The notes beneath the pieces were generated by a model, which saw nothing but the letters and a program-made list of their open reading frames with translations, did not search any database and was not told where the DNA came from. A DNA stretch of 60,726 nucleotides, filler included, from Hausera hauseri (lineage: Eukaryota), in the NCBI GenBank assembly GCA_046269625.1. It is 11 parts of 11 records of this genome, joined end to end, with 100 filler letters (N's around TTAATTAATTAA, not from the genome) between each part and the next. Parts side by side here need not be neighbours in the genome. Positions count along the whole stretch, not along the records: positions 1 to 6,140 come from JBJURY010134651.1; positions 6,241 to 11,016 come from JBJURY010440026.1; 9 more parts are not named here. The stretch is one strand, 5' to 3'. The first letter of the stretch is position 1; each line of letters begins with the position of its first letter. The translations under genes were made by a program, and so were the position numbers. Of this stretch, positions 1 through 11,016 are shown piece after piece.

Positions 1-2139
1 GAATCAATATTGGAAATAAGAAACGATTAGGAAACACATGGTGAATAATTAATTTAGAAAAAGCAGACGCAATTACCAAAATCCATTAGGGATTGGCATG
101 AGTTAGTATATAAAATAACTAAACAGCGCAAAACCAACCATAAATTTAGTCAATATAATAACAAGAAATTTACTGACAAGACGAGGTCAATAATACCATT
201 ACTTTACAAATTAAGAAATTGAATCGGTAATAGTTTATAATAGAACGTGTTAAAGTTATTCAAAATTCATTGATTTCAATGAAGATATAAACCAATTTGA
301 AAACTATTGTATTTCAATTATAAAGAATCTTACTACTATTACGAAATGGCAGGACAATCATCGGATAACCTTAGTGAAATGGAAGGACACAATGGTAATC
401 TATACTTATTAGTTATGTTTTAATAGCCATATAAAATTAAATGAATAGCCGCTAATTTTATTGTATATTTTCTTGTATATATTTGTAATACAATAAATAG
501 TTTCAGAAATTAAATTCATGTAGACGTATGACGGAACAGAGCTAAATTGTTGATTGATGTTTCATTAATATGATATACATGGAGATGGAGAACAACTAGT
601 TCCATATTTGTACGGAGTGTGACACCGTAGATTAAGACAGTTGTGACTGGTTATGATTTGTGAGTTGATAAAGATTAGCTTCATTGTGAATGGAAAATGT
701 GTTGAAACTGATTGATTTCCTTCAATGGATTGATGAGTGTATGTATATATACATATTTATTTTTTGTATTTAGTAATGCTTGCATTAAAAGGATCAGAAA
801 TTTATTCCAAAGCGAATGGTTTATGGAGTAGATGATTATTTACGGCGAGAGGAAACCTCTACTCGCATTTGGCCACAAAATATTAAATTTTAAGAGATGT
901 GAATAGTTTGTTGAAGATCATCCATAAAATTCAGCAAGTGCCAGGAAATGAGTTTAATTTTACATAAACCTTAGATTTGTTATTTAATGAACGATTTTTG
1001 AACGAAATTAAATGTAACGTTTGGGAACATGGTAAATTAATAAAAATGTTGAATACTCGGATGAACGCAGGTTGGGTATAAACTAGATCTGAGAAATATA
1101 ATCTTCGAATTTTGATGAATGATGAATATATCATCCTGAGGTGTTACTTGATCAAACTCGATGAGATGGTATATGTACATATACGAAGAGGAGGACGAAT
1201 GATTTTCACTCTTGACATTGGTTCAGATTTAACTATAGTAATTTTGTCGAATAATTTGGATTAACCAATAACTGTTTTATTTGAACAAAGTTCAAATTAA
1301 CAGATTCATGCACTTTATGTCAAAATTAATACCTTTGAGACCGATCGCAACAAATGACCTTGGTGCCAATTAAATGCAAGCCTATGAACGTACAAATGAT
1401 AATAGATACAATTTAGGATTAGAATAACCTAATAAAAGCATATTATTTAGAGAATATATTTGAAATTTAGTTGTAGCCAGAATAGAAATTTAGGTAACTT
1501 AATCAGAACTTGGAGTAAGTTTTCTGAATCAGGTCATAACGCTATGAACGGTTTAGTAATGGATGATGATTATGTTACTCAGGAATAAGTGGTGACCCTT
1601 TGATCTGGCCTTTCGGACAGAACCCTATAAGTATTTTTTCATAGTATTTAAGTGCTTCTGTAAAATGGTCGACCGAAGTTTATGGGGTTAATTTTAAGAA
1701 AACTTTGGAACGGACAGTAATGCATAGAATACTGGATTAATGAATTATATTATCTAATAAAAGAAACAATTTTACTTATTAAGCCCTGAGTAGTGTCTTG
1801 TACAGTAACCATCATTTCCTCTAATTCCAAAAACAAGGTATAATAAATGTATAGTTGATAATTTCCAAATACCGATCACAAAAATAATGAAAGAATATAA
1901 TTTCTCTAATTTTGAATAGTATCAAGGACATATATATTATTCAAATACCCCACTGTAAATACTCTTCTAAAGGACCAAAAGTGAATTAAGGCACAGGTTA
2001 CTTTAGTAGCCGTACCGTCAGCGACCTCGCTTCTTCTGGATTAAAAAGGCATATTAGTTATTACAATGTTTTTATGTTGACACAACCAACAGTACACACT
2101 TATTAGCTATTTATGAATTTGATGTAGTCGACAATAAAA

Positions 2140-5100
2140 ATAACACGTTCTTTTTCCAGAAATCGGACACCATGACCAACGCGGTCATTCATATGTTACT
2201 ATCACAACAGATTTAACAACAAAGCAAATAAATGCTGTTTATGGTTCAGATATTACTCATTGAATATACACACTGATAATATAGTTTGCATCTATCATGC
2301 AAAATTCGGATCTAATGCTAGGAATTGTATTTCCGGCTGTAACTACAAAACTAACAAAAACTATACCATTGATAGACGTTCAACATCTCTAACAGTAACT
2401 GTTCTAACTCACAAACCCAAAAAACTGATTTCGCCGCCAGTATTCTCGGCAGATTCTGGAAAAAGCAACTTATCTAATTCCTTTTTCCGACACACTTCAT
2501 TTGCAGTCTTCACACTAAAAGCTGCTATCTTTAATCCTAACATTCAATCCATAGATTTTCTAATCGATACTGGCGCAGAGATCTCACTACTCCCAGTTTC
2601 TTTTCCAGTTCAACATTCTTCATCTAAAATAAAACCTTTATATACTGCATATGGTCAATCTCTTCGTAATGTCGGAACTTGCAAATTATTTTTTATTCTA
2701 CCGAATGCTTCCTCTTCATTTCATTGGACGTTTACAGTCGCTAACGTCTAGACGGCAGTACTCCGCTCAGATTTCCTTTCGCACTGCAACTTGCTAATCG
2801 ATTGTAACCGACGCTGCCTGAAAACGAATACACTTGTTGACTGTAGCACAGGTATAGACAGCATCCCAACAACACCACATTCAACAGTAAGTAAGCAATC
2901 TATTTTAAAACAGTCAGTACCTCGTTCTAATTCCAATAACTATCATGTTTTACACCGTAAGTTTCAAATGGATAATGTCGACAGCCAATCGCAATTCAAT
3001 GTCGCAACCGACGATCTGGTATTTTCTGCAAAATCATTAAACAATAACACCTACTCAAATACGGTTCCGGACTCGACCATCTTACTACAAACTCCACTTG
3101 ATTCCTCATCAACAACCAATCACCATATACCAAGCACTGATAGCAACCTCGGTTCATCGTCAGTTACAACATTCCAACAACTACCCACAAGCTTATAACA
3201 ATTCGTGCATACTTCTTGTCCACGTATACTTCAGAAAGATAGGAATTTCACCCTAGTAAACAGCATTTACCACCATATAATTACAAAACATTAGAGACCA
3301 ATTAGACAAAAGGTCCGTCTATTGTCACGCGACGCAGGCAGGCGGTAAAAACTAAATTTATGGAACTCGAACAATCTGGTATCGTCCGCAGATCAAAATA
3401 ACCATGGTCTTCGCACCTCTACATTGTACAAAAAAATGGATCCTTCCGACCATGCTGTGATTACCGCCAATTTAACACTTTAACCACAATGAACGCATAT
3501 ACACGACCACTAATTAAAGATATATTACATCGGATTAATACTACTTTAGTTTGTTCAACAATCGATTTAGCCAAAGTTTACCACCAAATTCCGGTCGCAC
3601 CGGAAGACATTAAAAAACTGCAGTTACCACAACTTTCGGTCTTTATGAGTATTTATATATGCCTTTCGGTCTCCAGAATGCCGCGCAAACTTTTCAACGA
3701 TACATCGATTCAATACTTTCAGATTTCACCTTTGCGCATCCATATATCGACGATGTCTTGGTTGCCTCCTCGTCAGTTAAAAAACACGAAGAACATCAAC
3801 GGTCCATCTTCAAACGTCATAACCAGTTTAATCTACAGACCAATTTTGCGAAATGCAATTTCGTTCAAAAACGCGTTAAATTCCTCGGACATACTATCTC
3901 ACCAGACGGTCATTCGCCCCACCCTGATCGAGTTGAGACTCTTAAAAATGTCCAACTACCCAAAACAACCACAGAAATGTGTAGTTTTCTTGGTACCTTG
4001 CATTTTGTCCACAAATATATTCCATATTGTTTAGAACTCACGGCATCTTTCGCACACTTAAGTGGAGGAAAAAACATAAGAAAATCATGTGGACACCACA
4101 TCTGGTTAATTATTTTGACAGGTTACATGAAGGAATAAAGACTGTGTAAATACTTGCATTTCCTAAACCTGACACTGAGTTAATTGTAACTACAGATGCA
4201 TCAAACATCGCAGTAGCAGCTGTACTAAACCAGATATACAAAGGAGAAAATCAACCTTAGAATATTTTTCCGGAAAATTAACGCCACCAGAAACCAGATA
4301 TTCAACTTTCGATCGGAAATTGTTAGCAATATTCCTCGCTTTAAGACATTTTTCTCATCTACTTACAGCCGGCCGTTTTGTAATACAGACAGACCATAAA
4401 CCGTTGATTAATATAATGGCTATGAAACACCCTTCAACTCGACAAGAACGGCAAATTTCATATTTGTCTACATTCAACTTCGACGTCAAACATATCGAGG
4501 GTGTTGACAATCTAGTTGCGATTTACTTTCCAGATCAGACAGTTCAATTAATTTTTCGCCAATCTTCACTCAGGCAAAGCTCCAAGAAAATCAGCCATCA
4601 CAAGTTATTCTCAAATCGTTCAAATCCCACCAGATAATTGACGGCGTGGCCTTAGATACCTGCAAGCCAGGACAATTTAAGATAATTCTTGCTCCATCTT
4701 TACACAATCAGGAATTTCATAATGTACATTCGTTACATCACCCTGATGCCAAAGCAACTTTTCAATTACTTCAACGTCAAGTAGTGTAGCCAACCGTGCG
4801 CTCCGATATGCAAGTATGGATTAAAGAGTGCGTGCCTTGTCAGAAATATAAAACAATAAAACATCTAAAACCTCCATTATACCATTTTCAATGCACATCA
4901 CGCTTTGAAACTGTACATATTGATATCGTCGGTCCTCTTCCAATAAACAACGGCCACCAATTTATTCTGACCATGATGGATTGTGCCTCATGATGGCCGG
5001 AAGCCATTCCACTGCGGAGCACAAACACTGACACAATAGCTGATACTTTCATCCGTACGTGGATTAGTAGATTCGGATCCCCTCGTTACATCATCTCGGA

Positions 5101-5680
5101 TCAAGGCTCACAATTCTAATCAAATCTGTTTAAATTTCTAGTCAACCGATTAGGTATCAGTCATATTCACATTAGACCCTACGATCCACAATCAAATAGC
5201 CTTCTCGAACGTTTCCACCGAACCTTGAAAACATCACTTCGAATCCTTGCGCAGTCAAACACCAATTGGACTACACTTCTACCGTTCGTTCTGCTTGGCT
5301 GCCAAAACAATCCGTCCACTTTCACATGTTGTTCACCAACAGAAGCATTATTCGGAACTCCTGTATGGTCATTGTTCGAATTAATCGCTTTAGAAGAGAC
5401 TCCTACAGACGAGAGTATATGAGCAGCACAGAATCATTTTGTCACAATCAGCAAAGAATCGTTTTGCAGGCTCTAACACAATGACAAATCTTATATACCC
5501 GAAGACTTATACTCAGCAAAATTTGTATGGCTAAAAACCAGACATCTTGCGGTTTCCAGCCGCAGTAATTAGGACCATATAAATTAATACAACTACATTC
5601 ACATAATGCTGTTATCCTCAAAGATGGAAAAGAAGTTGTAGTACATATCACTAATGTAAAACCAGCCTTTTACGTAGACG
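2140..5680 (+). mobile_element. Ty3/Gypsy LTR retrotransposon copy 1 (5'-truncated gag, protease, RT, RNase H, integrase), degenerate
   Basis: CYYHNRF / CIYHAKFG..C..GC gag knuckles; FLIDTGAEISL protease; MPFGLQNAAQTFQR and PYIDD in RT; TDAS..TDHKPL RNase H; VHIDIVGPLP integrase; many stops and frameshifts. Confidence 0.95.
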
Positions 5681-6140
5681 ATACCTCACCAACGGAAGCA
5701 TCAACCTCATTCCTCAAACCTATAACCACCTGTACCTCGACTTCGATTCCCCAGTCCACCACACATCATCCCGCTGCTACCGTCCCTGTGCCTACATTAT
5801 CACCTACCAATTTCATTCCTGCCTCCATCTCGACATTTCCATCTACTCCTACTTTTGTCACTTTTTTTGATCCGCACTCAACTGTTATACCTTCGCCTCT
5901 TTCTACACCACCTCTCAATTCGTCACCTGCTCAAACTACCGCAGAAAACGGGTATTATCTACTTACAGTCGTTTCTCCTCCACCCTTTGTATTACCTTCC
6001 GAAACAACACCTTCCAATCACACGCAAACTAACATTCTTGTTGATAAACACTACCAGCGGTCAAATACTACAGTGAAGGTACGTCTCAAATCAGTTACTT
6101 TCAGTAATTATAGCTGTTAGAGTTGAGATATGGGACGAAA

Positions 6141-6240
6141 NNNNNNNNNNNNNNNNNNNNNNNNNNNNNNNNNNNNNNNNNNNNTTAATTAATTAANNNN
6201 NNNNNNNNNNNNNNNNNNNNNNNNNNNNNNNNNNNNNNNN
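6141..6240. other. Artificial contig linker (N44-TTAATTAATTAA-N44); identical copies at 11017-11116, 15124-15223, 24834-24933, 29840-29939, 35358-35457, 40327-40426, 44420-44519, 49957-50056, 56675-56774
   Basis: Ten identical 100-nt spacers with a six-frame stop cassette in the middle. Confidence 0.98.
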
Positions 6241-6321
6241 CCATGTTAGATTGTACTGGTCTAACATATTCACACTGTCTGGGTGTTTAGAGTTTGAGTT
6301 CTTTTATCCTTTGCATCTCAG
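6241..6321 (-). CDS. Possible fifth terminal exon of the RING cassette (truncated by contig end, internal stop, no RING visible)
   Basis: TTTTAG acceptor at 6322/6321; the phase-1 frame reads EMQRIKELKL*TPRQCEY; same spacing as neighbouring exons. Confidence 0.35.
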
Positions 6322-6406
6322 CTAAAATATAATTCAATCAAATAAAAACACTGAATTTATCTACAAATTCTTTATTGTATAATAATCATTTTCGTGTCGA
6401 AATAAT

Positions 6407-6669
6407 TTATTGTTGAGTGCGACAGACTGGACATGAAGTCTCTATGTCAAACCAATCTTTTATACAAGATCTGCAGAACTGATGTTTGAAAGGAACTAAC
6501 TTTATCGGGTTTATTGAATATTCAGTCAGACAAACTGCGCATTGTCTTTCTACGGAGGTAAAGATTCCATGTGGGTTGTACGTGGGGTAGGTATTTATGG
6601 CTGTGTTTTGATAAAATGCTGGGAATCCGTGACTCAGTATTGATATTGGATCCATAATACGGGGTAGAC
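6407..6669 (-). CDS. RING-finger (C3HC4-like) E3 ligase exon D
   Basis: CAVC..PFKHQFCRSC...W...CPVCR (third Cys degenerate); TTCTTAAG acceptor, phase 1; stop followed by AATAAA. Confidence 0.85.
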
Positions 6670-6717
6670 CTTAAGAAAACAAAATAAACCACTTGTAACA
6701 ATTACTTTATTTAATAA

Positions 6718-7151
6718 TTAATTATCATAATCCAGAAATATATAAGGCCGTGGATTTCTCCACTCATTCAGCCAGCTCTCATCATCCTCATCAATCACTA
6801 ATGTCATCGACGGTTGATCGACAATATTCAAATATACAATCACTCCTTCTATTATGTAATATTTAATATCCTCGAAGCAGTAAGGGCATAACTGATATAC
6901 TTCAACGTGGCTTTTGATACACTCCTTGCAGAATGAGTGCTTGCAAGAAAGTTCCACTATATCATCTGATATCAATTGGTAGCACAGCCAGCATAAAACA
7001 TATGCTCTTCTACAGCAGGGGCACGTGTTTTGTTCCATCATCCAAGTGTCGATGCCAGGGGTGCAGTATTGATGTTTGCACGGTAATACCGTTTTTTGGG
7101 TTATGACCGCTTCCAGACAAATTGGGCATTTTTCGATTTCCAATCCAATTT
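6718..7151 (-). CDS. Double RING-finger exon C with acidic tail
   Basis: CPIC..LPCKHQYC...W...CPCCR followed by CWLC..LSCKHSFCKEC...CPYC; GCTTAAG acceptor, phase 1; AATAAA after the stop. Confidence 0.9.
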
Positions 7152-7313
7152 CTTAAGCAATAATTCATTCCAATTATAATTTACATCTATTTATGAATAA
7201 CAATCTTCCTCAAATTAATAAAGCACTTCTCTAAGTCTCGATATTTATTATATTTTAGCAACTAATTATAAATCATCGACTTTAGTCAAACTTTCAACTT
7301 CTTCTATATCGTT

Positions 7314-7504
7314 TCATGACAGTGCACAAAAGGGGCGTATCAAAAAACAATTTTCGTCCATTGTCATCACACTTATATTAGTTTCTTCTCTGCAATAACC
7401 ACATTCAAATAAATCCTCTTGGTGTCTTAACCTTTCGATGAGATTGCACAACGGACAGGGGTTTTCTTCCTGAATTTCCGGAAACTTCTGGCATATGACG
7501 CAAC
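7314..7504 (-). CDS. Cys-rich / degenerate RING-like exon B
   Basis: CVIC..CPLC..CGYC..RPFC; ATTTCAG acceptor, phase 1; AATAAA downstream. Confidence 0.65.
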
Positions 7505-7740
7505 CTGAAATCAATATGATTTAATTCTTTATCCGATTTTTTAAGCTTTAATTTATTAGACTTTCTTTTCTTTGGTAATTAATTAGTGTTGTTTATCATT
7601 CCCCTCATTTTTCCCCACTCATGATTTGTAGACTACATACATTTATTACTCGTCTAAATTCAACACTTATTCTAATTCGAATAGCTTTAAACACCATCAA
7701 TCCACAACTCTATTTTATTCAATCTATATTTAATATGCAG

Positions 7741-8030
7741 TCAAATGGGCATTTGTACAAGTCGGTTTGGTCCCAACACATAAAGTTCATTTGGGTCTTC
7801 CTCTATTTCAACCTCCTGTTCGTCCTCTTCATCGTCTGGTATCACCACTACGGTGGTCCCTCGACACTGATACGAACTTGTCTTCTTTCGACAGAAGGGA
7901 CGTGTCTGGCTCTTCATTAGCCAACGGTCCGCACAATTAACACACATAATGTGTGTGCACCGCAATAGTGCGTAGTGCCTGCCCAGTGGTCCGAAGCAGA
8001 TCTCGCATTGTACTGGTGCATATCTATTGT
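7741..8030 (-). CDS. RING-finger exon A with acidic tail
   Basis: CEIC...LRCTHIMCVNC..W...(R)PFCR + DDEEDEQEVEIEED; no in-frame ATG before the first Cys; AATTTAG acceptor, phase 1; AATAAA after the stop. Confidence 0.85.
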
Positions 8031-8109
8031 CTAAATTTCAAAATCCAAGTAAAATTTGTCCTAAAATTATTAATTATTTTGCCAATCCTCTTATAAACAG
8101 TGAAGGTGT

Positions 8110-8126
8110 CCTCACTCGGGGCACCA
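8110..8126 (-). promoter_or_regulatory. LTR-retroelement primer-binding site (elongator tRNA-Met type)
   Basis: TGGTGCCCCGAGTGAGG, complementary to a tRNA-Met(CAU) 3' end (..CCTCACNCGGGGCACCA); 16/17 identical to the PBS at 40833. Confidence 0.8.
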
Positions 8127-8398
8127 GTTTATATGTTACTATTTTGGTAGCGTCAACGCCAACATCCTAGGCTGAAGTAACATATAAATATTTACTATTA
8201 ATCCGAAGGGGGAGTCCGATGGCGGTTCGGTATAAAAAATAATACCTGCGCCTATAATCATTCAAGACTCAATAAGAGATCTCATATTATAGATTATTTC
8301 TCTGCAACATTAAGGTTGTAACATCTACTTTTTGTTGGCGATCCATTAGCTTTAGTTCTACATTATTTCAAACAACCCCTTAATTTTGTTATACTTAC

Positions 8399-8504
8399 CT
8401 CTTATAATTTCTATGTATTCTTTGTCCAATAGTCTCGAGGTTGAGTCCTCATAATTTCTAAACTTCATAATCCTAAATCTCAACTTCATATTCATAAATC
8501 TCAT
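8399..8504 (-). CDS. Putative common leader exon for the RING cassette
   Basis: Open frame from ATG (8504 or 8468) ..MKFRNYEDSTSRLLDKEYIEIIR(G), ending in a consensus donor AG|GTAAGT in phase 1. Confidence 0.55.
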
Positions 8505-8899
8505 ATTCGTTCATTATATGTTTTAACTATCAAATATGGTATAATCCAAACCTTCTCCGTTATAACCCTCTACTACTTCGCTTAGATAAGTTAGAAGAAT
8601 TTTCCATATAGTAACCTTCATTATATAAACATGCGAGAATGGGTATATAACGGTTATTATATCTATGTATGGTTCACATGCTATGATGAAATAAATATTG
8701 ATAACTTTAGTTAATGTTAATCTAATTCACCGATCGTTTTAATTTGTATAAACCTCGTCGTTTACCCCGGGGTGCCGGTACTCCTCATCCTTGGTCACTT
8801 TCACTGTCATCGAATCAAGATGATTAAGTTTCATAATTCTGATAAATGTCATCTTCAATCTTTAATACTAATTAGAATACTTCATACGCATATATAAAG

Positions 8900-10432
8900 T
8901 CATTTAGCCATAATCCAATTTCTTTAAACAAAGTATTTAATATTATAATTAAGATCATTTATATTGAAAGAAAGGATATTATGTATTGAAATAAAATTTT
9001 ACTCAAATAAGATACAATTGATTCTATCAAGAACCCAGTCACCATCTTGATCTTCATACTAATATACTCAAATATTATCACTATTATCCAACGTTATCTA
9101 CTACTCTACCACTTAGGTTTCCAAGGTATTTTCGAAAATTATATATTTTATAATTTTTTCTTCGTCCATACCTCCTTCTGAGGAGAACAAATGCTGATTT
9201 TCTAATACATTAATAGTTAACATACTGATTTATTCTATTAAACTATATATAATATCAAAGGGTCCTTTCATATCAGTGATTCAGAATGCTTAATGATGAT
9301 ACTTCAATAAACGTCAGACATAACATTACACAGTTTTCTCCCTTATCCCCAATTTCAACTTTAATTCAGAAATATAAACATATATAAATTCAATCAAGAG
9401 AAAACAATATATTCGGGAATCAACACTGAGTACATTCAAGGTCCGTGACCATATACATATAGTTGTATTTATAAAACTACTTATCATTATTTATTGGCTT
9501 TTAATCATCCATTATCCGGACGTCAATGATCATTACAATAGGATACACTCTATTACTGGCACATTGAAATATCGTCATCTCAACCCATAAATTCATAAGG
9601 TTATACGGAGTTGAGCATCCAACCTTTTGAAGATAATCACTGTTGAGTTTGCTGCAATTTTCTATAAACCCATCATCAATCTTAACTTATCTCCGCTACA
9701 CCAAGGCATTGTTTTAATCGATTTCTATTTTCGAAAATTTATTTTACAACAATCAAAATTAGAAATAAATACAATATACATATATGGAGCAACAATTAAC
9801 AGGTTTAAGAATCACAAATATTTATTTACCATTTCCTATCTCAGATCCAGAAACTGGAACATTATTGTAACGTATATCTGCTTCGACTCGAATATCATTA
9901 TTGACGGCCAATTCTGAATCTCCAGATCGACTCTGATCATCAACACTAAGATCTCTATAACCATTCATACTGTCTTCCGTTTTGTTGATTATTGAATTCT
10001 AATCTTATCTTTAAAAAGGTAATCTGGTATTTCAACACTTACCAGACTTTTATCGTCAGACGGAATTCTCCTTTAATCACAAGAATACTAAAGAAAGATT
10101 TTGTAGTTCAAATGGTTGGTTTTCGACAATTCTCTCTTGCTTATATAATAGTTTTTAAAGTGATTTTCATAATTGATTCCAAGACAATTTTCATAATTTG
10201 GCCAATGTGATTTGGTATATAATTTTGTTGCTGATTGGAATTTAAATATCCTTTTATTGCAATTTTGCAATCGTCAAGTGTAATTTTGCAATTGTCACGT
10301 AAATTTGAAATTCTATTTACATATGTTTCCATGCCAGTTTTGATTTTTAAATATATTTCATTTATGCAATCTGTAAGTTTGGTTCAATATTCTCAACTCT
10401 CATACCCATCAATTGCTGCCCATTTTGGTTAA
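8900..10432 (-). pseudogene. Decayed ORF(s) of unknown function: helical N-part, then a hydrophobic/Cys-containing part with a C-terminal TM-like stretch
   Basis: Coding-like fragments across frames (LTDCINEIYLKIKTGMETY.., LLIVAPYMYIVFISNFDCC, IVSYLSKILFQYIISFLSI); many stops. Confidence 0.3.
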
Positions 10433-10499
10433 CAATGAACTCACATATATCAGGGATAATAAAGGACGCCCATCAAGGGGCTTACAACAGTAAAAGTCA

Positions 10500-11016
10500 G
10501 CAAAACAAGGAAAATTATCTGAAATATACTATATTTGAATAACAGTTATATATTGAATAACCAAGAAATAAAAATTAAAGAATACAACGTTTTCAGTTAA
10601 AAGTATTATTATTCGTTTATTCGTCCATTGGGATTGGATTAAAGAATCTCAACAATATTGGAACCTCCCACTGGAAAATCCTGTAATTTTATTAAGATCA
10701 AAGAACTGAAATTTAACGAAACTACCGGGAAACAATACGTAGATAAATCTGACATCAGTTCAAGAGCACGTGAAGACGTATCAGAGCTTCACACACCTAC
10801 AATATTAATCTCTTATCAACGTGGATTGAAATTCATAAAAAAGAAATGATTCCACGCTGCGATGTAGTAATGTTCACCAGTAATTACGAAGCTTTCTTCG
10901 TCGCAGAAACGGAAATAAACGCGAAAACGTACAACCTAGAAACACAAGACATTCGAATCGAGGATTATCTGAAAAACAAAGACGATTATTTCTATTATAA
11001 GGGACAGGTTGGAATA
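10500..11016 (+). pseudogene. env: Chuvirus-like (class III fusion) glycoprotein/env fragment
   Basis: Aligns by eye with 43799-44419: SCNFIKIKELKFNETTGKQY..TPTILIS..GLKF..RCDVVMFTSNY vs QCQLALLKVGKFNETKGRMY..TPTIVYS..GMRF..RCDQTVFRTNY. Confidence 0.75.

Noticed and set aside
1199-1245. Retropepsin-like motif FTLDIGSDLTIV
   Set aside because: The catalytic triad is DIG rather than DT/SG, and there is no supporting gag or RT context
1590-1602. TGGTGACCC as a PBS
   Set aside because: The match is short, has no LTR-like CA end or following gag, and also occurs by chance at ~55782
5788-6120. Pro/Ser/Thr-rich ORF as an extra gene
   Set aside because: Low-complexity tail after the integrase with no conserved motif
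6185-6196. TTAATTAATTAA repeated ten times as a possible biological motif
   Set aside because: It is always centred in identical N runs, so it is an assembly linker
6407-8030. Nematode-style SL trans-spliced operon of RING genes
   Set aside because: Spacing and AATAAA fit, but three ORFs have no ATG before the RING and all four share phase 1, which cis-splicing explains better; not fully excluded
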